Assembly (NCBI GenBank): GCA_033852035.1
Contig: JAWSVG010000003.1
Coordinates: 4,091-68,090, forward strand
Source: Desulfocapsaceae bacterium
Lineage (GTDB): Bacteria; Desulfobacterota; Desulfobulbia; Desulfobulbales; Desulfocapsaceae
Reading direction: 5' to 3'
Length of the DNA stretch: 64,000 nucleotides
The notes under the pieces are model-generated. The model saw only the letters and a list, made by a program, of their open reading frames with translations, did no database searches and was not told the DNA's origin. Shown here piece by piece: positions 19,801 through 30,912 of the stretch (positions within the stretch are counted from its first letter, which is position 1; the number at the start of each line of letters is the position of its first letter). The translations under genes were made by a program, and so were the position numbers.

Positions 19801-22610
19801 ACAAAAGGTTGTCTATTCTGGCAAGCTTGATCCCGCCTCCAATTTCTCTGGATCTATGGGCTAAAGCAGCTTCTGCCAGTTCTGTTACTGTGCTGCAGCT
19901 TGCCGAGAAACTAATTGGTTTGAAAATAATGCAAGTGTACAAACCTTTGGGGGTTGGACATTATTATTTTCAAAATCCGAAAATAATCGAGCGACTCATC
20001 AGGTTATCGGACCAAGCACATCTTTCTGAAATCGCGTTGAACTTATCGGAAATTTTCAAGACAGAATTTAAGGACGGGCCACGGCGCTGGATGACGCTGG
20101 CGTATTTGTATCAGTCAACAAAAATCGAACCTCGCGAGCCGGTGATATTGATAAAAGCAGCTCAGTATTGTCTTGATGAAAGTCTGCCCGAGGATGCGGC
20201 GACGTATTATCAACTGATCGTTGAAGAAAGGCCTTCTGAGTTTGACACAGAATCGAAAAGGAAAATTTATACAGATGCTGTCATAGGGCTATGCCTGCAT
20301 AAAGAAAAAAACATCCCCCTTCCAGAGCAGAAAAAACTGTTAACCCAGGCATTGACCTTCTCTAAGTATGTGGAAGATCCCAAGCGGACCGCTTTACTGC
20401 TAGCTAATATCGGCCAGGTCGACAAGGGGCTGGGAAATTATGAAATGGCTACCCGCACGTTCGAGCAATCCTGGGAGCAAGCGATAAAAACAGATTCCGA
20501 AGAGATCATAAAGCGCATTGCGCTCTGCTCAACGAATTTTCTTATGTGGCAGGGGCGCATTTCAGAAGCGATAGAACGATATGAGAATGTCTTGGGAAAT
20601 TTAGAAGAATTGCCCTCTGATGAACATTCTTTAATCGGCTGCGCTCATCTCGGTTGGATTTACGGAAAGAGTGGCCAAACCGTACGGGGAATTGGGTTGA
20701 TCAACTCCGTTATGGAAAAAGCGGCCGAACTGAAACTTGATCGTTTGACAACCTACTCAAAGATAGTTGCCATTAATACACTCCACGATGCCAGAAGAAA
20801 TGATGAAGCAGAAGCCATTATAGAAGAGCTGAGCAGTGTTCCCCATGAAGAGATAGATCGTTATGTCCTATGGCCCTTTTGCGCAGCCAAAGCCTATGTT
20901 CACGCGTATCGCGGTGAATATGAAGAGAGCTACAACATGCAGAACGAGGCGTATAATAACGCAAAACTCCTAGGTAATCTCCATCATCGAGGGCCAATTA
21001 ATTTCGATTATATGGACATTCTGGAAGACGCTGGATTTGTCCACCCTGAAATGAATTATGAATCTGAAGTACAGAGGGTTATCAACTGGCCCGATATTTA
21101 TATGCAAGGTGTCGACTATTATTATCGTGCGAAGCGAACCATAAAGAAAAATGGTTACACCGCTCATGCAAGGGAGGATCTCGAAACGAGTCTTGATTTA
21201 CTCAAACAATCAGGAGCAAAACTTGACCTAGCATATAGCCAAATTTTGCTTGGTCAACTCTTTATCAGTAAAGGCGAAAATGAAAAGGCAGAGCCACTTC
21301 TAAAAGATGCATGGAGGGTAGTTAGCTCCGTTAATAAAAAACTGTTCCCGGAAGAATTATTCCCTCTGGTAATAGAGCAAAGTGACGACGCTTTACTCTT
21401 AGAGTCATTGATTCAGATTAGTGAGACACTTGGCAGCATTCACAGCAGACCAGAGTTGCTTAAACAGATTATCACGATGACTCCATAACTGCTCATAGTT
21501 TGGGAGATGTTACGAGTTCTGCGAATAAAGCACCGTCCGGCTGGCAGATAATATATCCTGTTCGATTACAGGGGCAAATATTCGGGAGTTTTTTCCTTGA
21601 AAGGCATTTAAAGGGCTTTATTGTTCCAGAAAGGATACTAGCTCTTCTCAAAGCTATATCCACCCAGGTATCTGTCGCCTTGGACAACGTTAGGGTTTAT
21701 GAGGAAATTGCCGAGTTAAAAGAACAACTCGAGGCAGAAGCCATTTATTACAGGAACAAACCTTCCAATATCCGCGAAGCCAAAGATATTTATGGTGAGT
21801 CTTCGAAAATCAAGGAAGTCATTACCAAAATTTCTGATGTCGCGCAGTCTAATACGACCGTTCTGATCATAGGTGAGACAGGTGTTGGCAAAGAACTTGT
21901 TGCCAAAGCCATACACCAGATGAGCAACAGGTCGACAGGACCCTTTATTCCCGTCTCTATTTCTTCGCTCAGTGAGGATTTGCTTCCCAGTGAACTGTTC
22001 GGGCACGAAAAGGGAGCATTTACCAATGCACTGCAGACACGTCGCGGCAGGTTCGAGTTGGCCAATAACAGCACCTTGTTTCTCGATGAAATCAACTCCC
22101 TCTCATTGGATGTGCAAATTAGGTTACTCCGTGTTTTAGAGGAAAAAAGTTTTGAACGAGTTGGCGGCTCAACATGCATAAAACCCGACTTCCGGCTTAT
22201 AACCGCAACAAATCAACCACTCGACGATTCTGTGAAAAATGGCACCTTCAGGCCTGATCTATACTATCGGTTAAACGTTTATCCCATCCTTGTGCCCCCT
22301 CTACGTGACAGAAAGGAAGATATCCCTCTTCTGGTCTCACACTTCGTGAACTACTACAATCGAAAATTTGGGAAGAACTTCACCTGTGTCAATAAGCGTT
22401 CGATGCTCGCATTGGAAGCTTATAACTGGCCGGGAAATGTTCGTGAATTAAAGCACACTGTTGAACGAACTGTGCTCACCTGTAAAGAAAAACAACTGGA
22501 ATTTCAAGACATTAATCTCTGCAACAATGTCCCAATAGCGAATAAACAATTTTTTTCTCTCAAGGAAATGGAGCGCCAATTTATTATGAACGCACTGGAA
22601 AATTCTATTG
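19801..22610 (+). pseudogene. Sigma54-dependent activator (TPR-like, GAF and AAA+ domains) with 5', internal and 3' deletions
   Basis: ORF 19773-21488 starts in antisense dctP sequence and stops inside the GAF domain. ORF 21500-22714 has GETGVGKE, GAFTNA, LFLDEI and WPGNVREL, but loses the HTH after ERQFIMNALEN and runs into the antisense of the next gene. Confidence 0.85.
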
Positions 22611-22621
22611 TGCCACGGTAT

Positions 22622-24685
22622 CTACATCAACAACACCAGGGCATCAAGAACAACACAACCACTTTCGTAAACTCTCACTGGGTTAAGATCGATTTCCATT
22701 ATTTCTGGATGTAAAGATATAAAAGAACCTATTGTAACTAAAGCCCTCGCCACGGCCTGCTTGTCGTACTGAGGACCGCCACGCCAGTTATCAAAAAGAG
22801 TGCTGACTTTGAGTTCAGATATCATATCGAGACCATCATTTACAGTCAGAGGAGCGAGTCGAATGGCGATATCTTCCATGGCTTCAGCGGTCGTCCCCCC
22901 CATGCCAAGCAGCACTGTAGGGCCGAAGCTTGCATCGTTTTTAGCACCGATGATGATTTCAAGACCGGGATCAGCTTCTTCTTCGAGCAGATATTCTGTA
23001 TCTCTTGACACCTCAATGGAATCAATCTGATCAAGAGCAACTTTAAGAGCCGCTTCATCCTCAATATGGAGGTGGACTCCACCCACCTCAGTTTTATGGG
23101 ATATGGAAGAGGAAAGAACCTTCACGACACATGGTTTTTGCAGCTCAGAAAATGCGGTAAAGACCTCTTGATGGCTTTGGCATACTCTGTGTTGAGGAAC
23201 CGCTATATCCAGCTTTGAAAGAAGTTTTTTTGCCTCTGCCTCATCGGGTGACTGCGACAATGTTTGGCTAATACTGACAATCTTATCAGGTATAAGGTCG
23301 CGCTCTTTGCGGTATCTGACCCTGGCATCTTCCACCAACGCCCAGACGGCAAGAGCACCGCGCTCCGGTGAGCAGAATGCAGGAACATCCATGGACTCAA
23401 GATCGCGCAGGGTTGGATTAATATCTTCCGGTGCACCATTTGTCACAAACACCATCGGTTTGCTATGTTTCCTTTGCATTGCCTGGTACAATTTAACTGG
23501 TTCCACACACATTGGCTCATGCAGGGCATAGGTAAGGATAAGATCGATATTCTTATCTTCTATTATGGTAGAAAATACCTTCTCAAAAATATGATGCAGG
23601 GGCCTTGCGGTATCCACCGGATTCTGTATGAAGGTTTTAACGGGAAGTGCTTTGGAAATATCGCTTATTGCGTCCTTCTCCAACTTCGGAATATGCACCG
23701 AGAGACCACGCAAATAATCCGTCATGACAAGGGCGGGCCCAGCTTGTCCAGAGAGCATTCCAACCCCGGGATTTTTATTTGGTGCAAGTCGGACTTTGGA
23801 AAGGATATGCGCCGCATCGATGAGATCATTACTCGATGAGACAACCACAGCACCCGCCTGTTTGAGTGCCGCGATCTTAAGCGCAAAAGAACCCATAAGA
23901 GCGCCCGTGTGGGATGAAGCAAACTCCCCGATATCCGCCCTGCCGACAGTAAACACAACCACCGGCTTTTTCTTGGTCGTTTTTGTAATTGCATCAAAAA
24001 GGCGTCTGCCATCGACCACCCCTTCAAGGTAGACAGCGATGGCCTTTGTCTCCTCGTGATTAGCAAGGTATTCAAGTATCTCAGATACCGAGATATCAGG
24101 ACTGTTACCTACCCCGACACCGATACTCACCCCGAGACGGTTAGTCTGCAGCACTGTGCCAAGGATTATAGACATGGAACCGCTTTGGGAGACAACCGCG
24201 ATATCCCCGGCAGGGAAAAAACTTACCAGAGGGGCGAAGTTGGCCATAACACCCAGCCTCGGATTAAAAAAACCTGCAGTATTAGGCCCTAAAAGCCGGA
24301 TATTATTCCGTCGACAGGCGTCGACAATTTCGTCTTGGAGGGACTGCCCCTGCTGGTCAGCTTCAGCAAAACCGCCTCCGGTAATGAAAATAACGCCTAC
24401 CCCAACCTCCGCTGCGTCCTCGATGGCACCAAGACAAGCCCGCGCAGGTATACAAAGAGCAACCATATCGATGGGCTCGCCAACATCCTGCAGGCTCGGA
24501 TAGGCTTTCCTGCCCTGTATTTCCCCTTCTTTCGGGTTAATCGGATACAGTTTACCGGGATATTTCCTGAGCGCATAAATAAGGTGATAGCCAACCTTAT
24601 CATGATTGTTTGATGCACCGACCACCGCGATTGACTGAGGTTTAAATAGTTTGTCGAGATCGCTCATACCGGGGACCCTATTCAT
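22622..24685 (-). CDS. ADP-forming acyl-CoA synthetase, fused alpha-beta type
   Basis: SIAVVGAS, LLGPN, VSQSG, SSHTGAL phospho-His motif, ATP-grasp HKTEVGGV and EIDLNPV. An alternative start is ATG 24667. Confidence 0.9.
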   Translation of the reverse strand: MNRVPGMSDLDKLFKPQSIAVVGASNNHDKVGYHLIYALRKYPGKLYPINPKEGEIQGRKAYPSLQDVGEPIDMVALCIPARACLGAIEDAAEVGVGVIFITGGGFAEADQQGQSLQDEIVDACRRNNIRLLGPNTAGFFNPRLGVMANFAPLVSFFPAGDIAVVSQSGSMSIILGTVLQTNRLGVSIGVGVGNSPDISVSEILEYLANHEETKAIAVYLEGVVDGRRLFDAITKTTKKKPVVVFTVGRADIGEFASSHTGALMGSFALKIAALKQAGAVVVSSSNDLIDAAHILSKVRLAPNKNPGVGMLSGQAGPALVMTDYLRGLSVHIPKLEKDAISDISKALPVKTFIQNPVDTARPLHHIFEKVFSTIIEDKNIDLILTYALHEPMCVEPVKLYQAMQRKHSKPMVFVTNGAPEDINPTLRDLESMDVPAFCSPERGALAVWALVEDARVRYRKERDLIPDKIVSISQTLSQSPDEAEAKKLLSKLDIAVPQHRVCQSHQEVFTAFSELQKPCVVKVLSSSISHKTEVGGVHLHIEDEAALKVALDQIDSIEVSRDTEYLLEEEADPGLEIIIGAKNDASFGPTVLLGMGGTTAEAMEDIAIRLAPLTVNDGLDMISELKVSTLFDNWRGGPQYDKQAVARALVTIGSFISLHPEIMEIDLNPVRVYESGCVVLDALVLLM

Positions 24686-24767
24686 TTTCGCCTTCTTTGT
24701 AATTTCACCTTCAACATACTTTGCACTGAAACCGAGTCAACCGTGCGAAAAACTGTAAAAATGATCT

Positions 24768-25541
24768 CTACCAGGCTGTAAGACCTCCATCTACAGAAAG
24801 GATCTGCCCTGTCACGTAGTTGGAAGCAGCCGAAGAGAGAAAAATCACAGCACCTTTGATTTCTTCCAGGTCACCGTACCTTTGCATTGGGATACGGGCA
24901 AGAATCTTCTCACCCTTGTTGTCAAAAGTCCACTCGGTCATCTTAGTTGGAAACCAGCCAGGCGCAATACCGTTCACGTTGATATTGTATTTGGCCCATT
25001 TTACGGCAAGATCCATGGTAAGGGTATTCACCGCGCCCTTTGATGCGTTGTATGGGATAGCGTCGAGATAGGTAGGATCGGTGCCCCTGGAGCCTGAATA
25101 GGAGGTAATGTTAATGATTTTTCCACTACCAGCCTTTATCATCTCTCTACCCACCTTCTGAGTGCAGCGAAAAGTGCCATTGATGTTTAAATCGATCACC
25201 TTGTTCCAGGCATCAATGGGAATCTCTTCCGGTGATGCACCCCAGGTGCGCCCAGAGTTGTTAATCAGGATATCAATTTTTCCAAACTTCTGGATGGACT
25301 CGGCAACCATGCGATCAACATCTTCGTTACTTGTGATATCACACTGCAGTGCCAGGGCTTTACTCCCAAGGTCTTCGATCTCCTTTGCCACCTCTTCACA
25401 TTTTTCAAGGCGCCTTGAAAATATTACAAGATCGGCACCAGCCTCGGCAAGCCCCAGGGCCATAGATCGCCCTATGCCGTCACCACCACCCGAAATCATC
25501 GCCACTTTCCCGGTAAGATCAAAAAGTACGTGTCCGCTCAT
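24768..25541 (-). CDS. Short-chain dehydrogenase (gluconate 5-dehydrogenase-like SDR)
   Basis: GGGDGIG, NNSG, YNASK and IAPGWF motifs. Confidence 0.88.
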   Translation of the reverse strand: MSGHVLFDLTGKVAMISGGGDGIGRSMALGLAEAGADLVIFSRRLEKCEEVAKEIEDLGSKALALQCDITSNEDVDRMVAESIQKFGKIDILINNSGRTWGASPEEIPIDAWNKVIDLNINGTFRCTQKVGREMIKAGSGKIINITSYSGSRGTDPTYLDAIPYNASKGAVNTLTMDLAVKWAKYNINVNGIAPGWFPTKMTEWTFDNKGEKILARIPMQRYGDLEEIKGAVIFLSSAASNYVTGQILSVDGGLTAW

Positions 25542-25552
25542 TTACTTTCTCC

Positions 25553-26410
25553 TCATTTTTTTTGCTCGTAGGAGTAAAATCCCTGACCTGTTTTTTTGCC
25601 CAGCAGGCCAGCGAGCACACGTTTTTTCAGCATTGGATGCGGCTTATACGCCTCACCGAAATCGCGGGTCATGGTTTCCATACCGTGCATGGCAATCTCA
25701 GCGCCTACAAGATCCAGCAATTTGCACGGTCCCATAGGATGGCCAGCGCACAGTTCCATTGCCTTATCGATTTCTTCCGGTTTATTACCTTCCTGCACCA
25801 GCTTCACCGCTTCGTTCATCAGCACATCAACAAGACGACTTACAATAAAACCCGCATAATCAACCGCTTCAATGGGTTCCTTGCCGATTTTCTTCAGGTA
25901 GGTCATAACAGCCTCGAAGGTCTCATCTGAGGTGAGCTGACCGCGGATGATCTCTACACCCTTCATGAGAGGTACCGGGTTCATAAAATGAATACCAATG
26001 ATGTTTGTGCCACGGCTGCTATTACGTCCAATTTCTGTAATTGGTAGAGCAGAGGTGTTGGACGCAAGAATAGCATCCGGCCTTGCAACCTCTTCCAGCT
26101 TTTTAAAAAGCTCCTGCTTTATCTGCAGATTTTCAAAAACAGCTTCTATAATGAGGTCCGCTTCTTTTGCCGAATCTATAAAATCGGTAGTCACCTGTAG
26201 GCGGCCCATTGCAGCATCGGCTTCTTTCTGGGTGATTTTATTTTTTGATGCAAACTTGTTCAGGCTTTTTGAAATGCCGGATTTTGCACGCTCTAGGGCA
26301 TCACTGTTTATGTCCTGTAAAGTTACGCTGTAGCCGGCGAGAGCACTTACCTGAGCCACCCCACTTCCCATGATTCCTGCACCAATAACTATAATATTTT
26401 TTATCTCCAC
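25553..26410 (-). CDS. hbd: 3-hydroxybutyryl-CoA dehydrogenase family protein
   Basis: GAGIMGSG, IEAVFE, SNTS and HFMNP..VE motifs. Confidence 0.9.
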   Translation of the reverse strand: MEIKNIIVIGAGIMGSGVAQVSALAGYSVTLQDINSDALERAKSGISKSLNKFASKNKITQKEADAAMGRLQVTTDFIDSAKEADLIIEAVFENLQIKQELFKKLEEVARPDAILASNTSALPITEIGRNSSRGTNIIGIHFMNPVPLMKGVEIIRGQLTSDETFEAVMTYLKKIGKEPIEAVDYAGFIVSRLVDVLMNEAVKLVQEGNKPEEIDKAMELCAGHPMGPCKLLDLVGAEIAMHGMETMTRDFGEAYKPHPMLKKRVLAGLLGKKTGQGFYSYEQKK

Positions 26411-26468
26411 TAGCCTACACCTGTCTTTTAAATTTATTGGTCAACCAAAGCAGCAGTACATTGGCTTT

Positions 26469-27254
26469 TTATTTTCCTTTGTATACTGGACGACGCTTTT
26501 CGATGAATGCGGCCATACCTTCCTTTTGATCCTCGGTTCCAAAAAGCATGGCAAAAAGATCCTGTTCAATACAGAGACCGTCTGCAAGAGAACAGCCCAT
26601 CCCTTTTCGCATTGCAGTCTTTGCTGCCCGAAGTGCCATGGCAGGCATCCGGATCAGCCTGGTACACAGCTTGTTCACCTCCGCCTCAAGCTCGTCCTGG
26701 GTAACCATCCAGTCCACAAGACCTGCGGCCAAGGCCTCAGGAGCTTTTAGTGTTTCACCAAGAAGGATCATTTTGGCGGCCACACCAAGATTCACAAGAC
26801 GGGTCAGCCGCTGCGTCCCACCACCGCCCGGTATAATGCCAAGGGTTATTTCAGGAAGACCCAAAAGCGCTGTGTCGGAAGCGACCCTGAAGTCACAACA
26901 GAGAGCGATTTCACAACCACCGCCCAGGGTATACCCGGATATTGCAGCAATCGTCGGTTTGGGAAAATCCGCCAACCGATTCTGCACACGCATGGTAAGG
27001 TCGGTCAACTCGTAGGCGTTGCCGATGGTAGCCTTTGCCATCTGATCAATATCGGCGCCAGCCACAAAGGCCTTCTCGTCGCCGGTAAGAACAACAACCC
27101 TTACCTGTTCATCGTTTTCGCACTGAATGAGTGCTGTTTCCAATTCACTCAGCACATCTGAGTTGATTGCGTTGAGTTTCTCCGGACGATTAAACTGAAT
27201 CCAGCAGACGTCTTCACCGCTTTTAACTTTGAGGTATTTCAGATCAATTGACAT
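26469..27254 (-). CDS. Enoyl-CoA hydratase
   Basis: FVAGADI, GGGCE and PEITLGIIPGGGGTQRL. Confidence 0.92.
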   Translation of the reverse strand: MSIDLKYLKVKSGEDVCWIQFNRPEKLNAINSDVLSELETALIQCENDEQVRVVVLTGDEKAFVAGADIDQMAKATIGNAYELTDLTMRVQNRLADFPKPTIAAISGYTLGGGCEIALCCDFRVASDTALLGLPEITLGIIPGGGGTQRLTRLVNLGVAAKMILLGETLKAPEALAAGLVDWMVTQDELEAEVNKLCTRLIRMPAMALRAAKTAMRKGMGCSLADGLCIEQDLFAMLFGTEDQKEGMAAFIEKRRPVYKGK

Positions 27255-27315
27255 CGCTTCCCCCTTACAGATGAAACTCGTCTGTAAACATTAATTGTGA
27301 CACCAGATTTGAAAC

Positions 27316-28527
27316 CTACGACACCTTCAGAACACAGGCATCCGCCTGGGCGAGACCGCCACAGATACCTCCCAGCGCATAGCCACCACCCCTTCGGCGT
27401 AATTCGTAAATAAGGTTCATCATGATGCGAGCACCACTTGCTGTATTGGGATGACCAATGGCGATGGCGCTACCGTTGACGTTTGCCTTTTTATGAAGCT
27501 CTTTCACCTTCTGCCGGTCTTTGTCCACGAGCTTTAACATGGAAACCAGCGGTACAGCGGCAAAGGCTTCGTTTATTTCAAGAACGGTAATATCATCAAG
27601 GGTAAGATTTGCCTGGTTAAGAGCTTTTGCAGCAGCAAAGGCTGGGGCTTCAGCCATACGGTCAGCCGCTGTTGCAATAGAGCTCATGGAGACGATCTCA
27701 GCCAGGATTTCAAGGCCCAGCTCTTCAGCCTTTTTACGAGTCATGAACAGGATTGCTGTGGCACCGTCATTAAGACCAGGTGCGTTGCCAGCGGTAATCG
27801 CCTTACAGCCGTAGATACCTTTGAGTCTCTCTAGCATTTCCATGCTAACCTTGGCGCGGTACTGCTCATCAATGTCTAGCGTTATTGGATCCCCCTTTCG
27901 CTGTGGAATGGACACCTCCATCATCTCATCCTTAAACTTTCCTGCCTTGTATGCTTCCCCGTAGTTCTGATGGCTGCGCAGTGCCCATTCATCCTGTTCT
28001 CTGCGTGATACGTCATACTCCATGGCCATATTGTCTACATCCACCGAAACCGGATTAAAATCCTTATAGCCAAGGGCAAAAAGAGGGTCTTCCATCTTCA
28101 CATCGCCCATGCGAAAGCCCTTCCAGCGTAGGCCACGAACAATAAGCGGTTCCTGACTGAACGAAGTCGCACCGCCGCCGATGGCACAGTCTATTTCACC
28201 CGCCACCATAGCCCGACAGCCATAGTGCATGGCAGACATTGCGGAAACACATGCCTTATCAAAGGAAATGGAAGGAGTCTCCGGCGGAAGGCCTGCTTTT
28301 ATAAGGGTTTGCCGCGCAGCTACTGAGGTAAAAACGTCCTTACAAACTGAGGTATCACCAACCCCCCAGAAGACTTCGTCCACCTGGTCGCCCGGCACGC
28401 CTACCCGGTTAAGAACCTCTTTCATGGGCAGAGCGCCGAGATCAAAATAATCAAATTCTTTAAGTGAGCCGCAGTACTTGCCAAAAGGAGTTCGCACACC
28501 ACTTACAATAACGATATCTTTATACAT
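27316..28527 (-). CDS. Thiolase family protein
   Basis: MYKDIVIVSGVRTPFG start, KACVSA (catalytic Cys), NEAFA, GHP and ICGGLAQA. Start reassigned to ATG 28527. Confidence 0.9.
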   Translation of the reverse strand: MYKDIVIVSGVRTPFGKYCGSLKEFDYFDLGALPMKEVLNRVGVPGDQVDEVFWGVGDTSVCKDVFTSVAARQTLIKAGLPPETPSISFDKACVSAMSAMHYGCRAMVAGEIDCAIGGGATSFSQEPLIVRGLRWKGFRMGDVKMEDPLFALGYKDFNPVSVDVDNMAMEYDVSRREQDEWALRSHQNYGEAYKAGKFKDEMMEVSIPQRKGDPITLDIDEQYRAKVSMEMLERLKGIYGCKAITAGNAPGLNDGATAILFMTRKKAEELGLEILAEIVSMSSIATAADRMAEAPAFAAAKALNQANLTLDDITVLEINEAFAAVPLVSMLKLVDKDRQKVKELHKKANVNGSAIAIGHPNTASGARIMMNLIYELRRRGGGYALGGICGGLAQADACVLKVS

Positions 28528-28555
28528 AGTTTTCTCCAGCGAGTTGAGAGATGTA

Positions 28556-30145
28556 TTACAATGGAATATTGCCGTGTTTACGGAATTGCCGTGGCGGCTC
28601 TGTCTTCTCGGCCAGCATATCAAGCGAGCTGATGATGCGTTTGCGGGTATCTTTTGGATGAATTACTGCATCGATAACAGAGCGAGATGCTGAATGGTAT
28701 GGTGTGAGGTAGGTCTGTTTGTACTCCTCAACCTTCTGCTCAATAAAAGCAGCCGGGTTGTCCGCCTTTTCAATTTCACGCCGATACAGGATTTTCACCG
28801 CAGGCAGGGCGCCAACCATCTGCATTTCTGCAGAAGGCCAGGCAAAGACCTGATCAAAACCGATCTCATGAACACCCATGGCGGGGATAGACCCGCCATA
28901 CATCTTACGCAGAATGACCGCAATCTTCGGAACAGTTGCCTCGGTCCAGGCATAGAGCATTTTCGCACCGTGACGAATTATACCCTTCATCTCCTGATCC
29001 ACACCGGGGAAGAAGCCGGGGACATCCACCATGGAGAGGATGGGGATGTTGAACGCGTCACAGGTCCTGATAAAACGTGCCGCCTTGTCAGAGGCATCGA
29101 TATTGAGGCAACCTCCAATCACAAAAGGATTATTAGCGACAACCCCCATTACCTTGCCACCCATGCGCGCATAACCAACGACCATATTAGTTGCGAAGTT
29201 CTCCTGGATTTCAAAAAACTCACCGCTGTCAACGATCCCACGGACAACATCTTTCATGTCGTACCCTTTGTTTGCGGCAATAGGTACGATACCTGCTAGT
29301 GCTGGACACTCTCTGTCCAGCGGATCAATGGATTCGGTTGTTATGGGCTTTTCCATATTGGACTGCGGCAGGTAGCTGAGAAGTGTTTTGATCTTATCAA
29401 GGCACTGAGCATCGTTTGCAGCGGTGAGATGGGAAACGCCGGATTTGGTGCTGTGCGCCTTTGCACCTCCGAGGTCTTCAAAACTCACGTCTTCACCGGT
29501 AACTTCTTTAATTACAGCGGGACCGGTGATAAACATATGGGAGGTCTCTTCCACCTGGATAATAAAATCGCAAAGCGCTGCAGAATAGGCGGCTCCTCCC
29601 GTACACGCACCCATTATTGCAGCTATCTGGGGAACGATCCCGGAGTTGAGACCGTTTTGATAAAACATACCTGTAATACCAAAGACATTATCCATACCTT
29701 CCTGGATTCTAGCCCCAGCCGAAGAGTAGAGCAAAATTACCGGAGCCAGATTTTCCCTGGCGAGACGCATGACGTTATGGATTTTCGCACCGTGGGTTTT
29801 ACCGGTGGATCCACCAAGAACCGTTGAATCCTCTGAAACAAGAAATACCTTGCGCCCGTTGATTTTTCCATGACCTGTCACAACACCGTCGCCGGGAAAT
29901 TTTTTCTTTTCCATACCAAAGTCGTTGCACTGGTGCTCAGCCAACATGTTTAATTCTACAAAGCTGCCCGGATCAAGTAGATAATCAACTTTTGCCCGGG
30001 CAGTCAGCATCCCCCGGCTCATCAATTTTTCCAGGCGCTGCTTACCTCCCCCATCCATAGCTTCAGTTTCTTTTCTCTGGAGCTGGGCAAGTAATTGATC
30101 CCATGTCATATTCCCGTCCTCATCTAATGTTTTTTTGTTTGTCAT
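28556..30145 (-). CDS. Acyl-CoA carboxyltransferase (PccB/MmdA-like; carboxylase beta or decarboxylase alpha subunit)
   Basis: PGDGVVTG, GARIQEG, GGAAYS, DVPGFFPG, GIIRHGAK and RKHGNIPL C-terminus. Start taken as ATG 30145. Confidence 0.9.
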   Translation of the reverse strand: MTNKKTLDEDGNMTWDQLLAQLQRKETEAMDGGGKQRLEKLMSRGMLTARAKVDYLLDPGSFVELNMLAEHQCNDFGMEKKKFPGDGVVTGHGKINGRKVFLVSEDSTVLGGSTGKTHGAKIHNVMRLARENLAPVILLYSSAGARIQEGMDNVFGITGMFYQNGLNSGIVPQIAAIMGACTGGAAYSAALCDFIIQVEETSHMFITGPAVIKEVTGEDVSFEDLGGAKAHSTKSGVSHLTAANDAQCLDKIKTLLSYLPQSNMEKPITTESIDPLDRECPALAGIVPIAANKGYDMKDVVRGIVDSGEFFEIQENFATNMVVGYARMGGKVMGVVANNPFVIGGCLNIDASDKAARFIRTCDAFNIPILSMVDVPGFFPGVDQEMKGIIRHGAKMLYAWTEATVPKIAVILRKMYGGSIPAMGVHEIGFDQVFAWPSAEMQMVGALPAVKILYRREIEKADNPAAFIEQKVEEYKQTYLTPYHSASRSVIDAVIHPKDTRKRIISSLDMLAEKTEPPRQFRKHGNIPL

Positions 30146-30290
30146 TTGCTCTTTAGTACCTTTGAAATACATTCTTGTTTATTAGATTGAATTTCGTGAT
30201 GGTACTTATCCAGTGATACTAAAAAAGTTTATAAATTTGTTGGGTTAGCCAAAGTGTCGCAGTTATTAATGGATTCGTCCCCATTGACGA

Positions 30291-30692
30291 TCAGTGTGTA
30301 GAAGGTTGGATCAGTTCAATCAGTATCCCGTAGGTGGATTTGGGATGGATAAATGCCACAAGGTCGTTGTGTGCATTGCGATACGGTTTTTCGTTTATCA
30401 GCTGAAGTCCCTCAGACTTGAGGCGGTTCAGCTCGCTCTCGATGTCATCGACTTCAAAGGTGATGTGGTGTACCCCTGAACCCTTCTTACTTATAAATTT
30501 GGCGATAACGCCTTCGGGAGTCGTGGACTGCAGTAGCTCAAGCTTTGTTCCCTCAAGCCCTGTGAATGAAAACTGCAGTTCGCCAAAATTCTCCTGCTCT
30601 GACATACCCACCTTGAAATGGGTTTCAAAAAACCTTTGAGCCTCTTTCAAATCCTCAACCGCTATACCTATATGATGCACGCGCTTGATCAT
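30291..30692 (-). CDS. mce: Methylmalonyl-CoA epimerase family (VOC) protein
   Basis: HHIGIAV, LELLQ, GVHHI and FIHPKSTYGILIEL. Confidence 0.88.
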   Translation of the reverse strand: MIKRVHHIGIAVEDLKEAQRFFETHFKVGMSEQENFGELQFSFTGLEGTKLELLQSTTPEGVIAKFISKKGSGVHHITFEVDDIESELNRLKSEGLQLINEKPYRNAHNDLVAFIHPKSTYGILIELIQPSTH

Positions 30693-30896
30693 ATCGTACC
30701 CCCTATGCTATATTGATTTTAAATATAATGCTATAATTAATTAAATTATTACTGGATTATTCACTCCCCTGTCAAGACCTTTTTACCAGTCCCAAAACTA
30801 TATATTCTCCTGATTCCACTAGTAACAATAAACATATAAGGTTAAGCAGGTGAACTTCAGAATAGAATAAAAAGTCTTTTTTGTTTGACAATAATT

Positions 30897-30912
30897 ATAT
30901 ATTTAATTAAAT
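30897..30912. promoter_or_regulatory. Perfect 16-bp AT palindrome in the divergent mce/mutase intergenic region
   Basis: ATATTTAATTAAATAT lies just downstream of TTGACA at 30886. The AT-rich context makes a chance occurrence possible. Confidence 0.3.

Noticed and set aside
22610-22714. Unusual His/Gln-rich C-terminal tail on the sigma54 ORF
   Set aside because: It is antisense read-through of the ligase gene after the HTH deletion.
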